NCBI GenBank assembly: GCA_036253035.1
Contig: GCA_036253035.1_4123.1
Strand: one strand, 5' to 3'
Length of the DNA: 64,000 bases
Origin: a phage
Each line of letters opens with the position of its first letter. Positions within the stretch are counted from its first letter, which is position 1. The position numbers and the translations under genes are program-made. The notes below the pieces were generated by a model. That model saw only the letters and a list, made by a program, of their open reading frames with translations. It was not told the origin of the DNA and did no database searches. Shown one piece after another: positions 18,425-28,062 of this stretch.

Positions 18425-18643
18425 TTAATCAATGATTTTATATTCACGATGACCATAGAATCCAGCCTCAAGGATGCGATTACCATCAGCATCTTCCAAA
18501 TCCCACCCACGGGATGTTTCGGCAATAATAGTCATGATGTGACCTCTTGGGAAAATGCCACTCAGAGTGGATACATCCTCAAGTAATTGAACTTTCTTTC
18601 CAACATTGGAATTCGGTTTAAACATTTTATGGCCCTTATTCAT
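18425..18643 (-). CDS. hypothetical protein
   Basis: minus ORF 72 aa. Confidence 0.5.
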   Translation of the reverse strand: MNKGHKMFKPNSNVGKKVQLLEDVSTLSGIFPRGHIMTIIAETSRGWDLEDADGNRILEAGFYGHREYKIID

Positions 18644-18818
18644 TGATCACATCAAGTACTTTATCCAGCTTTTTACCAATGCTTTCCTTTGGTTTCTCAC
18701 CATTCTGGAATACATTAGAACTGCAATAGTCAGGACGTGTATTAGGAAACTTCTCCTGCATCCAACTATGACCATACACACCCAGCATAATACCAACAAT
18801 AAGAATGATAATTTGCAT
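18636..18818 (-). CDS. small membrane protein
   Basis: 60 aa; N-terminal TM helix. Confidence 0.45.
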   Translation of the reverse strand: MQIIILIVGIMLGVYGHSWMQEKFPNTRPDYCSSNVFQNGEKPKESIGKKLDKVLDVINE

Positions 18819-18895
18819 GATAAACCTCTTAATTAATGTTTTATTTTAGAACTCAATATAGAAAGTATACTCTAGTACTTCTTATATGTCAACTA

Positions 18896-19105
18896 TTATT
18901 CTTTCTCACCAACAAACAGTTTAACTTTTGTATTACTGTTATAACACCACATCTGTTCTTTGTTAATAGACATCCAGATATTTTTATTGACCTGTTCGTA
19001 GGTACTATCACGAACAGAAATACATTGATTCATGGAATTCATTGGAGTGATTTGTACACCGCTTTGCATGGAAAGAGCTACTACTAAAAAGATTACTGAA
19101 TTCAT
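18896..19105 (-). CDS. small secreted protein
   Basis: 69 aa; signal-peptide-like N-terminus. Confidence 0.5.
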   Translation of the reverse strand: MNSVIFLVVALSMQSGVQITPMNSMNQCISVRDSTYEQVNKNIWMSINKEQMWCYNSNTKVKLFVGEKE

Positions 19106-19693
19106 TGGATATTCCTTAATGGTTAATCATCCATCTCTTCGAGATGTCTGTTCGCTTCTAATACTACGTATTCTACGCGAATGATCAATAACTGTCAAGG
19201 ACTTTTAATATTGACGGGATTTGAGGAAGGGATTTTTCTTCCCCCCACAAGGAGGGAAATTTGACGCTGATGGTATCAGAGCTATTGCATTGAAGATTAC
19301 TCATAACGAGTGCGAAAGCGGGTCATCCTGTTTCTCTCTACTTCAGTTTCATATGACGGTCTACACTTTTAAACATAGTGTATCTTCATTAAGTATCTAT
19401 GCAATCAAATACTTAATGTGAGTACTCAAATTTTGGACGCAACTTTCCTGTACAAAATTCGATAACTCTCCCTTAGATAATTCGTAAGGTGTTATCCTTA
19501 TATGTCTATCAAGGAACCACCAGCTATCCTAACGTGGTTCTTTATACAGCCGCATTGCCGTGAGGGGTTCAAACTATGCCCACATCTAACGGGTTTCTTT
19601 TGCTGTTCGCACTGTCGGACTGCTCAACTGCCCTCTACGTTTTCGAGTGGATCAGGTACATGAATATCATGCCAACAGAATTGTACAAGATAA
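19106..19693 (-). ncRNA. candidate structured non-coding RNA (unclassified)
   Basis: about 590 bp with no credible ORF in a tightly packed genome, locally GC-richer, multiple stem-loops, extended -10 promoter upstream and terminator of sigma gene further upstream. Confidence 0.3.
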
Positions 19694-19704
19694 TTATATC
19701 ACAA
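19694..19704 (-). promoter_or_regulatory. extended -10 promoter element (TGTGATATAAT)
   Basis: same 11-mer recurs at 39745 and 63615 upstream of genes. Confidence 0.4.
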
Positions 19705-19723
19705 ACTTTTACTTCATCCCATA

Positions 19724-19755
19724 AAAAAAGGTTGGCATAAGCCAACCTTTTTTCT
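19724..19755. terminator. bidirectional rho-independent terminator
   Basis: aaaaaaaGGTTGGCataaGCCAACCtttttt. Confidence 0.8.
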
Positions 19756-20721
19756 TTAGAAATCTTCGTATTCGTACCCTTTTGCAAGTACTAGCTTCTT
19801 AAGCTTTTGCATAGCTTCACTGTACTTTCGATGTATTGATGAACGGGATTTAACATATTTTCCATTATCATCAACAAAACCATTATCAGCAATCTCACGA
19901 AGCGTTTCAGGTTCATATTCACCTAGACCATGAACACGATGGATAATCTCACGTTCTTTAGTACTCAATTCGTTAGTCAGTTCATTGATAGCATAACGTA
20001 AAGGTGCACGAATACTATCAACATTGAGGTTAAAATCAGAAGCAGGTGAATGAATAATGTCACCTAGTGTACCATCGGTAACACCGTCTAATGGTGCATC
20101 CAGAGAAGTGTATTCGCTTTGAAATAACAAACAGTTATTAACATGCTGAATCTCAATCCCAGTACCCTCTGAGATTATTTCAGGAGTTGGGCGAACACCA
20201 TGTTTACGCATATATTCCTGGCAGAATCTTTTTACTTTGATCTTATGAACACTCATATAACGTGGGAAGTGTACCATATAGTTAGCGTCAGAACTTTCGT
20301 TATAAACTGTCATGTAAATACTAGAAGAAGCATAGGTAATGAACTTAACATTCTTATTAAGATCAAAGGTTTTTAGTGCTCTCATGAACCCCTCAACACC
20401 ATATGAAATCTTATCTTCAAATGGGATATAACAAGTACATTTACTTGCTACATCAATAATAAGTCCATAATTGTAACGAACTAACAGTTCAGTGTTTTTC
20501 TTTACATTGATACCAGCTTGAATATCACGAATTAGATCTTCATTGGAAACATTTGGTGGTCGCTTAAGTGTAATATTATATTTGAAACTGCTTTGTACTT
20601 TACCTTCATTTTCATCTTTATCTTCAACGAAATCTAAGGCTTCTAGTGTGTTGACTTCTTCATTAGCAAAACATTCATCCAGAACTTCTTCGGCAATTGT
20701 ATTTAAATCAAGCTTTTTCAC
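19756..20721 (-). CDS. RNA polymerase sigma factor, sigma-70 family
   Basis: 321 aa, GTG start with AGGAGA RBS; region 2 EGFMRALKTFDLNKNVKFITYA and region 4-like TLREIAD..SRSSIHRKYSEAMQKLKK. Confidence 0.7.
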   Translation of the reverse strand: MKKLDLNTIAEEVLDECFANEEVNTLEALDFVEDKDENEGKVQSSFKYNITLKRPPNVSNEDLIRDIQAGINVKKNTELLVRYNYGLIIDVASKCTCYIPFEDKISYGVEGFMRALKTFDLNKNVKFITYASSSIYMTVYNESSDANYMVHFPRYMSVHKIKVKRFCQEYMRKHGVRPTPEIISEGTGIEIQHVNNCLLFQSEYTSLDAPLDGVTDGTLGDIIHSPASDFNLNVDSIRAPLRYAINELTNELSTKEREIIHRVHGLGEYEPETLREIADNGFVDDNGKYVKSRSSIHRKYSEAMQKLKKLVLAKGYEYEDF

Positions 20722-20742
20722 TTACATCTCCTAATGACGAAA

Positions 20743-21240
20743 TCAAAATCGATATACATTAATATTATCATCTGTGAAGCAATCATGGTTATGCACATCC
20801 ATGAAAGTACTAAACACTTTATCATATAAAGTTGTATGTTCTTCATGAATAGCAGCATCTAGCATGTATTCTCCACCACTACCCATAAAGAAAGTGTAGT
20901 CTTCATGTAGATATTCAAGTTTTTTAATAAACTTTCCTTTAGTTAAAATCATATGAATAACATAATCTTTAGAAAGAAGCACACAATGGCAACTTAACTT
21001 TCTGTCAGGTATAACTGGTACTTTATTAATTAACCAATCCAGTACTTTATCAATTTCACTTACTGACCCACTAGCACTGAATAAACGGTCATGTACATAT
21101 AAAGTTTTTTGATTAACAACTCCATATTGATATTTTGGTCTTAGTGGGAAAAAACCAAATAAGTTTCGTGGTATAGTTGACGTAACTCTAGAATCGGTAA
21201 TCAATAAATTTAATCGTTTATCAATATAAACAGTTGTCAT
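20743..21240 (-). CDS. hypothetical protein
   Basis: minus ORF 165 aa. Confidence 0.6.
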   Translation of the reverse strand: MTTVYIDKRLNLLITDSRVTSTIPRNLFGFFPLRPKYQYGVVNQKTLYVHDRLFSASGSVSEIDKVLDWLINKVPVIPDRKLSCHCVLLSKDYVIHMILTKGKFIKKLEYLHEDYTFFMGSGGEYMLDAAIHEEHTTLYDKVFSTFMDVHNHDCFTDDNINVYRF

Positions 21241-21241
21241 A

Positions 21242-21661
21242 TTAAACCTTATCTAAGAATTTATCGTATATATAAAATTCTTTATCGGTGAATACATTAA
21301 TTCTAGTATCGAATCTTTGCATCGTGTTCATATACAATGAACTTTTTAAATAAAAATACAAAGCAACAAATTCTGATATATGCATATTCTTTTTATTGTT
21401 ACATAAATTCTTTAGCATTTTGATGCTATCAAATTCTTCTTTATCAAATCTGTACTGGTAAAAATTGTATCTATTGGAACGGCACTCATAGATACGAAGT
21501 GCCATTATATCAATACATTCTTTAGATTTACAGTACTTATTCAATACGTCATAATCACCCGTACATAATGCTACAAAGATTTTATGTGCAAGCGTAGCTT
21601 TGCCCTCAATCGTATAATAGCCAAAGAATTTAATGATTAAGTACTGAATGAATGTAATCAT
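21242..21661 (-). CDS. hypothetical protein
   Basis: minus ORF 139 aa. Confidence 0.55.
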   Translation of the reverse strand: MITFIQYLIIKFFGYYTIEGKATLAHKIFVALCTGDYDVLNKYCKSKECIDIMALRIYECRSNRYNFYQYRFDKEEFDSIKMLKNLCNNKKNMHISEFVALYFYLKSSLYMNTMQRFDTRINVFTDKEFYIYDKFLDKV

Positions 21662-21666
21662 TTGAT

Positions 21667-21927
21667 TTAGAATTTCTCCGAAATTACTAGAGTGTCATCA
21701 TAATCTTCTGCAATCTCATGAAGAACTTTTAAGTTACTTTCACCAGAAACGCTTTGTACTTCGTTCAAAAGATAGTTTAGATCAACTTTAGTTACTTTTT
21801 CTGAATCAAATACACAGAAAGTCAATTCAGCGTTTGGACAGATCTTCTTCAGATTATCAGCAACAACTTGTTTGAAGTTGAAAGATGGGGAAGCAACCAG
21901 GTTAACTGCAACGAGAATAGATTTCAT
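21667..21927 (-). CDS. hypothetical protein
   Basis: minus ORF 86 aa. Confidence 0.5.
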   Translation of the reverse strand: MKSILVAVNLVASPSFNFKQVVADNLKKICPNAELTFCVFDSEKVTKVDLNYLLNEVQSVSGESNLKVLHEIAEDYDDTLVISEKF

Positions 21928-22001
21928 AATGTTTTCCTTTTTAGCTGATAATTAAATTAGGAGCACATTGTACTCCATATTATTTGTTATGTAAAATACT
22001 T

Positions 22002-22253
22002 TTAGATACCAAGTGCAGTAGATAACTCTTTACGTTTGTTATATGAATCAGATTCAATCTTACTTTTCTTGTTGAAAAGGGATTCAATATCCTTATAGAT
22101 TGCTTCGATAGATTTAGTTACTACCCATTCTGATTCTTGAAGCATACCTTGGAGTCGTGCGTACTCAACTTTAATAGTACTGCGAAGTTCTTCACAAACT
22201 TCTTCATTCTTAATTAGTGCAGCACTAAGTTCTTTGACCTTATCGATGTTCAT
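22002..22253 (-). CDS. hypothetical coiled-coil protein
   Basis: minus ORF 83 aa. Confidence 0.5.
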   Translation of the reverse strand: MNIDKVKELSAALIKNEEVCEELRSTIKVEYARLQGMLQESEWVVTKSIEAIYKDIESLFNKKSKIESDSYNKRKELSTALGI

Positions 22254-22287
22254 AAGTTCCTTACTCTAATTTGTTTTTAACAAAATA

Positions 22288-22316
22288 ATTATATATAACA
22301 TACTAAATTATGTCAA
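22288..22316 (-). promoter_or_regulatory. sigma-70-type promoter (TTGACA-17-TATAAT)
   Basis: plus attata(22288-22293)..tgtcaa(22311-22316). Confidence 0.6.
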
Positions 22317-22738
22317 GTATTTTTAGTACCTTCTTCTGCCATTTTTGTGATATACCAATTAAGTACTGATTTGTGTACCATAAAAAATGTGAATGCAAAT
22401 ATAGCAATAGCTGCTGATGTAACACTATTAGATAATGACCCAAGTTGGATGTTAGTACCTAAAATAACAATAAATGGATACAACACAATTAATCTACTGT
22501 AAGGTTCGTCTCCAGTATCACGGAGAAATACAAGCCTTTCATGATCAGTATCCATTGTGACAATTGAACAGAACATAAGTGCAGACATAAGAGCAATACC
22601 AATTTGTGCTACATTAGAAATTGTAAACCACAAAGGATTTAAACCATATGAAATATTATTTTCTGTACAGTAGTAACCAAACGAATTGAATGCACAAACT
22701 AAAAATACAAAAATACAAATCTTATTATAACCTCTCAT
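22313..22738 (-). CDS. membrane protein
   Basis: 141 aa, several TM helices. Confidence 0.55.
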   Translation of the reverse strand: MRGYNKICIFVFLVCAFNSFGYYCTENNISYGLNPLWFTISNVAQIGIALMSALMFCSIVTMDTDHERLVFLRDTGDEPYSRLIVLYPFIVILGTNIQLGSLSNSVTSAAIAIFAFTFFMVHKSVLNWYITKMAEEGTKNT

Positions 22739-23157
22739 TTGTTTAGCTCCGTTAATTTTCGTTTAACTTCTAGATCATGAAACTCATCTGCATATGAGTT
22801 TTGAACAGTTCTGATGTATTCCAACATAACAAACATAGTTCCACATACCCATAGATATGTATAGTAATCAAATACAAATGCATATAACATACACGGTACT
22901 AAAATGAAAGTGTAAACAAAACTATATCGGGTAGTTCCAAATACTTTCAGATATAACAAACGTCGATGATCACGGGCAAATGTATTGATGCACACTGAAA
23001 ATGTAATTAATGTATACCATGAAATACCCTGAATTAAACCTGAAACATTTAAAAGTTTATGTTCATCGGAAAACCCCAGTGCATTTAGCACTGGAGCCAT
23101 AACCCAACCAATAATACTAATAAGAAAAAGATATTTTGCATTACTTAGTGTGAACAT
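22735..23157 (-). CDS. membrane protein
   Basis: 140 aa, several TM helices. Confidence 0.55.
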   Translation of the reverse strand: MFTLSNAKYLFLISIIGWVMAPVLNALGFSDEHKLLNVSGLIQGISWYTLITFSVCINTFARDHRRLLYLKVFGTTRYSFVYTFILVPCMLYAFVFDYYTYLWVCGTMFVMLEYIRTVQNSYADEFHDLEVKRKLTELNK

Positions 23158-23158
23158 A

Positions 23159-23617
23159 TTACTTTAGTCCCCATGCTTTTTTGATTGCATCAACAGAGTT
23201 TTGGTCCACTACTTCCTTTTTTTCTGATGTAGTTTGAAGTTTATTAATTACATATTCCTTTGCATCTTTTTCTATCATAAATTTACCATCAACCAACACA
23301 CCAAAAACTTTAGAATTTCGGGCTGGATATGGATTAATTTCATCAAGAGTACGGACTTTCTTATCAACTATAATGGCTTTGATGTAACCAGTTTCAAGTA
23401 CTGTTGTAATCACAGTCATTTCAATTGCAACTGGTGAATCTTCCCAATACGCAATCCATTTAGTAAAGCTACGATCAGGTGAATCTTTTGTGCATTTTAA
23501 TTTAATTGCACTATTAAAAATGTATTGTTTAAAATTGTCATCGACAACTTCACTAATACTAAAATAACCTTCACGCTCTTCAACATTACGTTTGAAATTT
23601 GTAGCTAATACATCCAT
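23159..23617 (-). CDS. hypothetical protein
   Basis: minus ORF 152 aa. Confidence 0.6.
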   Translation of the reverse strand: MDVLATNFKRNVEEREGYFSISEVVDDNFKQYIFNSAIKLKCTKDSPDRSFTKWIAYWEDSPVAIEMTVITTVLETGYIKAIIVDKKVRTLDEINPYPARNSKVFGVLVDGKFMIEKDAKEYVINKLQTTSEKKEVVDQNSVDAIKKAWGLK

Positions 23618-23649
23618 TTTCCATCCCCCTTGGGTTACTTGGTGTGTTA

Positions 23650-23678
23650 ATTATAATACTAAGAATCTTTGTTGTCAA
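23650..23678 (-). promoter_or_regulatory. sigma-70-type promoter (TTGACA-17-TATAAT)
   Basis: plus attata(23650-23655)..tgtcaa(23673-23678). Confidence 0.6.
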
Positions 23679-24135
23679 ACTTTTCCCTCAAATATTTTTC
23701 TATTAATCTAATTTGTGTTGGTGGTAAGATAAAATAATCGTACATAGATTTACTACCATGTATCGAACAACCTACACTAATACTATAATCATATGGATAT
23801 AAGTATATTGGGTCTTGTATATCAGGTATGAAAACTATTCTTGATATATTACCATTTCCTATTCTTACTTGGACGTTATCATTATTATTAATATAATTTC
23901 TTATACAGTACTCAATTATACCATTTACTTTAGAATCATAACCATAATTTTTATATTCAGGAAAAATGAAATAGCGTTCATGGTATAGATATGAGCATAG
24001 TAATGCTGGGAAAAAATTCCAAAAACCTTCATGCTTTGCAATTGTTTGTGCATATTTAAAATGATTAGCATTACTAAAAATATTATACAGCACAAAATAC
24101 ACAAATGGACTAACCAACAACACTATTGTTAACAT
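23659..24135 (-). CDS. hypothetical protein with N-terminal TM helix
   Basis: minus ORF 158 aa. Confidence 0.55.
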   Translation of the reverse strand: MLTIVLLVSPFVYFVLYNIFSNANHFKYAQTIAKHEGFWNFFPALLCSYLYHERYFIFPEYKNYGYDSKVNGIIEYCIRNYINNNDNVQVRIGNGNISRIVFIPDIQDPIYLYPYDYSISVGCSIHGSKSMYDYFILPPTQIRLIEKYLREKFDNKDS

Positions 24136-24596
24136 CAGAAGCCTCTGTATTTTTCATACACTTCAACGCATTCCATGATTTTGTCATCGTCCATCATATC
24201 ATAGCCTTGTAGAAATTCTTCTTTATCAACCTTCCCTGCCATCATATCTGTGTCAGAAATTCTGGAGTCATAGAAGGAATACATATCTTTATAGTACTGG
24301 TTTTTGTGCTGCTCAATCTTTACTTTAGCATATCCAGCACAAAATGAAGGAGATTTAACAACTTCCCATTTATGCTTCTTGATGGGTTTATCATTAGCAT
24401 ATTTTTCCCTGTATGTCTGACGATAACGTTCACGCATTTCAGGCATGTATTCGTCAGCAGTACGTTTGGGGGGAGTTTTACCAGTCCCAATAGTTTTAAT
24501 AGTTTGACGTTGTTCTTCTGCGTGTACTGGGGAAATAAAACATGATGTGCCAAACAGTACTGCTACGATAACCATAAAATTCTTAAACATAATCAA
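24135..24596 (-). CDS. secreted protein (signal peptide)
   Basis: 153 aa; MIMFKNFMVIVAVLFGTSCFISPVHA|EE. Confidence 0.6.
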   Translation of the reverse strand: MIMFKNFMVIVAVLFGTSCFISPVHAEEQRQTIKTIGTGKTPPKRTADEYMPEMRERYRQTYREKYANDKPIKKHKWEVVKSPSFCAGYAKVKIEQHKNQYYKDMYSFYDSRISDTDMMAGKVDKEEFLQGYDMMDDDKIMECVEVYEKYRGF

Positions 24597-24820
24597 ACCT
24601 CTTTTACAATAATATCGATTGATACTGGAATTGCAATTTCACTATTACATGAATACACATCAGCACAGTACTCAATATCTAGAACTTTATAATATTTCTC
24701 AAACCCACAAATGGTAAGATTCAACGTTGACCCAACTACTGGGAGTACAGGAAATGATAAGAACGCAATTTTAGAATGAAATTCTTCATTGATATCTTGA
24801 TATACAGTTGCAGTAATCAC
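24593..24820 (-). CDS. hypothetical protein
   Basis: minus ORF 75 aa. Confidence 0.5.
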   Translation of the reverse strand: MITATVYQDINEEFHSKIAFLSFPVLPVVGSTLNLTICGFEKYYKVLDIEYCADVYSCNSEIAIPVSIDIIVKEV

Positions 24821-25401
24821 AATGGTAACTCCTGTAGTGGTTTCATAATACCGAGTACTGGGTGATTTTCAATCATTGGTCGCCCTGGTACACCAGTGAG
24901 GATAACTGGGATAGAACTAATATCTTTTACATAGTTGAATCCCTCAAACGTGAACTCTTGTTTTTTCTCATTATATAATACCCATAGTATTACGTCAGCT
25001 TTTTTCTGGATATTTTTTAACTGTCTAGTACTAACACATGGCCCAAAGTCAGTCCATGATTTATACTTGATACCTTTTACTTCAATACGAAGGTTGTTTA
25101 CCTTAATATCACATTCACCGTCGCGTGCTTCATTTTGGAATGCTGGATCGATATTAAGTTTAATACCAGTATTGTTTTCAATTTCATTAAAAAGTACTAA
25201 AGATGCGTGCTCACATACCATACCAACAAAATGACTATGTGCATGATTAAAACCATATGGCGATTTACTTGCTGGAGCCAAAAGTTTATATCTTTCTGAT
25301 TTTTCAATCGCTTTTGCCATAAAAGAATCAGCTTCATCTTTATATAACTTAACAGTCATTTTTCCATTTTTCAGTACTAATCTATTATCAATAACATTCA
25401 T
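24817..25401 (-). CDS. hypothetical protein (possible PD-(D/E)xK nuclease-like motif)
   Basis: 194 aa; DGECDIKVNNLRIEVKG; assignment weak. Confidence 0.55.
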   Translation of the reverse strand: MNVIDNRLVLKNGKMTVKLYKDEADSFMAKAIEKSERYKLLAPASKSPYGFNHAHSHFVGMVCEHASLVLFNEIENNTGIKLNIDPAFQNEARDGECDIKVNNLRIEVKGIKYKSWTDFGPCVSTRQLKNIQKKADVILWVLYNEKKQEFTFEGFNYVKDISSIPVILTGVPGRPMIENHPVLGIMKPLQELPL

Positions 25402-25517
25402 AAAAACACCTCATTATTCATTCACTACATGATAACACCAAATCATACACCAGTCAAACTCATTTTTTGGATATGCATAATAAATACGTTATAATAATTA
25501 TACCAATGGAGGGATAA

Positions 25518-26672
25518 ATGTCAAGGTCAATTGCTGCGGCTGGACACTATAAGTTTGGTGAATGTGGTTATGTTGTTGATGGTGCAATCCTCAACGATGG
25601 AACTAGACTAAAAAATATTAGAATCTATCGCCAAAGAAGCCATAGATTATATGATTTAGTTGATCCAAGAACTAATATAATATATCGTAAAGTACAAATA
25701 ACAACTAAAGATAATAAAGGTTATCTATTAAATTACAATAAAACTAATGACCAACTATTAAGTGAAATTAATAAAAATTGTTTCTTTGTTCGTGGATATT
25801 CTGAAGAGCCACAAGAAACTGATACTGGATTTGTATATAAATTTATGCTACATAAAACAATTTTAGGTAGTTCACAAACCTTGTATCATATGTATACACC
25901 TGAATGTGGTATTATAGATCGTGATATAGATAATATTCTCATTTCACCAGTATTTGTTGGTAATGACTCAATTAGTGGTAAATTATTCAACACTGGTTCA
26001 GAAATTGATACTAACGGTATGGTAATAACAATCGTATTACCAGACGGGACAGAATACTTTACTACCCAATTTGTTAATGATGCATTTACAATTCCAGTTG
26101 ATGTTATCACACAATCAGGGAAAGGTACTGCTACGCTCACTTCTCCATATTATAACACTAAAGTGGTGGAATTTGATGTTCTTGAAAGTGGTGAGGATAT
26201 TGATTTTGTTACATCAGTTCTTCTATCCCAATTTGAACCTGTTTCGGAAGGTGTATTTTCTGCGGTTGTTCCATTTGATGTTCATGATCGTGGACAGTAC
26301 TTAGCACTTCAAGCATACAGTGGTGACTTATATCAAGTTGGTGTAGATCTTTCTGTAGACGCAGAAGGTAATATTACTGTGTATCAAACTGATAATTTAC
26401 CTGTTTCTTTGAGTATAATCGGAAAAACACTGCATACTACTCCTTTCCATAAAGAATATACTTTAAGTGAGTGGGTTCTCGGTGAAGACTCTATGTACTC
26501 TATCTCAGTTCCAGTAACTGAACATGGTAAAGCACTACCACAAGTTCAATTATATTCTTCAGACAATCATGTAGTTCATAGTGAAATACAAGTGGATGAA
26601 GATGATAATGTAATTCTTAAAGTAGTAGAACCGCTTGACTGCTCAGTCGTAATAGTTGGTTACAACGCATAA
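25518..26672 (+). CDS. hypothetical protein; only plus-strand gene in window
   Basis: 384 aa; strong RBS GGAGGG; upstream TAATAAATA late-promoter-like motif; followed by bidirectional terminator. Confidence 0.7.
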   Translation: MSRSIAAAGHYKFGECGYVVDGAILNDGTRLKNIRIYRQRSHRLYDLVDPRTNIIYRKVQITTKDNKGYLLNYNKTNDQLLSEINKNCFFVRGYSEEPQETDTGFVYKFMLHKTILGSSQTLYHMYTPECGIIDRDIDNILISPVFVGNDSISGKLFNTGSEIDTNGMVITIVLPDGTEYFTTQFVNDAFTIPVDVITQSGKGTATLTSPYYNTKVVEFDVLESGEDIDFVTSVLLSQFEPVSEGVFSAVVPFDVHDRGQYLALQAYSGDLYQVGVDLSVDAEGNITVYQTDNLPVSLSIIGKTLHTTPFHKEYTLSEWVLGEDSMYSISVPVTEHGKALPQVQLYSSDNHVVHSEIQVDEDDNVILKVVEPLDCSVVIVGYNA

Positions 26673-26673
26673 T

Positions 26674-26709
26674 AAAAAAAGCCACTACATTGTAGTGGCT
26701 TTAATTTTA
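26674..26709. terminator. bidirectional rho-independent terminator
   Basis: aaaaaaaGCCACTACattGTAGTGGCtttaatttt between convergent genes. Confidence 0.8.
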
Positions 26710-26714
26710 TCTAA

Positions 26715-27527
26715 TTATTTGAAATTGTCACGTAGAACTTCTTCAAGTGTTTTATCTGGATTGCTAATGGCTACATTATAAATCAATTCTTTAAATGCAG
26801 TTAGTGCCTGCTCAGTTGCTTCTGGACCAAAGTTCTCACTAATGCTTTTAAACATACTTTGTGCACGTTCTGATTTGATACAACTAGTTACAAACTTGTC
26901 AATTTCATTACGAAGCTGCTTAGTTGTCATGTCACCAATGAGCATCTCACTAATTTCTTTTGGTTCATCTGCACTTGTTCGGACATTCGTAAAACCAAAC
27001 ACATCATCACCTGAGCCAAAGCTACGTTTTTCTTTTTTAGTTTCTTTTACTGGTTCTTCTTCAACTTCTTGTTCGTATTCTTTAGTAAAGAGATGAGATA
27101 GTACATCATCAAGATTTTTAACCATACCATCAATACGAGATTCAGCATTCTTGGATACATGTTTGAATGCTTGCTCTAGTGCTTTTTCTTGAATCTGGTC
27201 ACGAACATTATTAACTACATTACGAAGTTTTTCATTACAGTTGTCTAAAATTTCTAATACTTCACCAGTTTTGATTTTTTCCAAAAGTACATCTAAATCA
27301 GATTTTACATTTTGTTTTTGACTTACTTCACCATTAAGAATTGAATTCAATTCTTTAGCACCTTCAACTGCTTCTTCATGTGTTTTAAATTCAACTGGTA
27401 CATCAACACCATCCAGTACAATATTAAGCACTTTACCATCAACGTAGGCGTAGGAGTAAGATGCTTTTTTGAAAGAAATAGTTTTGAAGAAAATGTTGCT
27501 CATATTGATATACTCCTTAGTGCCCAC
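26715..27527 (-). CDS. hypothetical acidic protein
   Basis: minus ORF 270 aa. Confidence 0.65.
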   Translation of the reverse strand: MGTKEYINMSNIFFKTISFKKASYSYAYVDGKVLNIVLDGVDVPVEFKTHEEAVEGAKELNSILNGEVSQKQNVKSDLDVLLEKIKTGEVLEILDNCNEKLRNVVNNVRDQIQEKALEQAFKHVSKNAESRIDGMVKNLDDVLSHLFTKEYEQEVEEEPVKETKKEKRSFGSGDDVFGFTNVRTSADEPKEISEMLIGDMTTKQLRNEIDKFVTSCIKSERAQSMFKSISENFGPEATEQALTAFKELIYNVAISNPDKTLEEVLRDNFK

Positions 27528-27858
27528 TAGCTGGGAAGGTTTTAAACATATAGTGACATTGTACTAAATCATTGAACTTCAATCCGAAATCTTTAGTACC
27601 CATCAGTGTGTGATAAAAATAATGCGAAATTGTATTAGTTTCAGCGTCTTTAATATAGATACCAAATTCGGTACAGCAAAACTGAACAACTTCATTATAA
27701 CTTTCTAACTTGGAAATTACAAGTACTTGATCATAAGAATTTTTATCAAATCCAATGATGTACATTTCCTCTGTTTCTGGGTGTACAATCATCCCACCGC
27801 GAGAAATAATTTTCTCGAAGTTACTGCTCAAGTACTGAATTGTTGAACTTAAGTTCAT
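27517..27858 (-). CDS. hypothetical protein
   Basis: minus ORF 113 aa. Confidence 0.55.
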   Translation of the reverse strand: MNLSSTIQYLSSNFEKIISRGGMIVHPETEEMYIIGFDKNSYDQVLVISKLESYNEVVQFCCTEFGIYIKDAETNTISHYFYHTLMGTKDFGLKFNDLVQCHYMFKTFPASGH

Positions 27859-28062
27859 TTACAACTCCTTACGTATTACTCGTCCGGTAAGATGTTCATC
27901 TGTACAGAACTTCATTATAAATGCTTTTAGATGGAAGTCTTCTAAAATTCTATATGCTTGCGTTTTCATAACGACTTCCTTCTTCTCCACATCAACAATT
28001 ATATCATGTTTCTCGTGAAGTTCCTGGATCATTTGATATGAATTCAAACTTAGTACGCTCAT
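27859..28062 (-). CDS. hypothetical protein
   Basis: track ORF 27859..28071 (TTG); ATG 28062; overlaps next gene by ~59 nt. Confidence 0.4.
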   Translation of the reverse strand: MSVLSLNSYQMIQELHEKHDIIVDVEKKEVVMKTQAYRILEDFHLKAFIMKFCTDEHLTGRVIRKEL

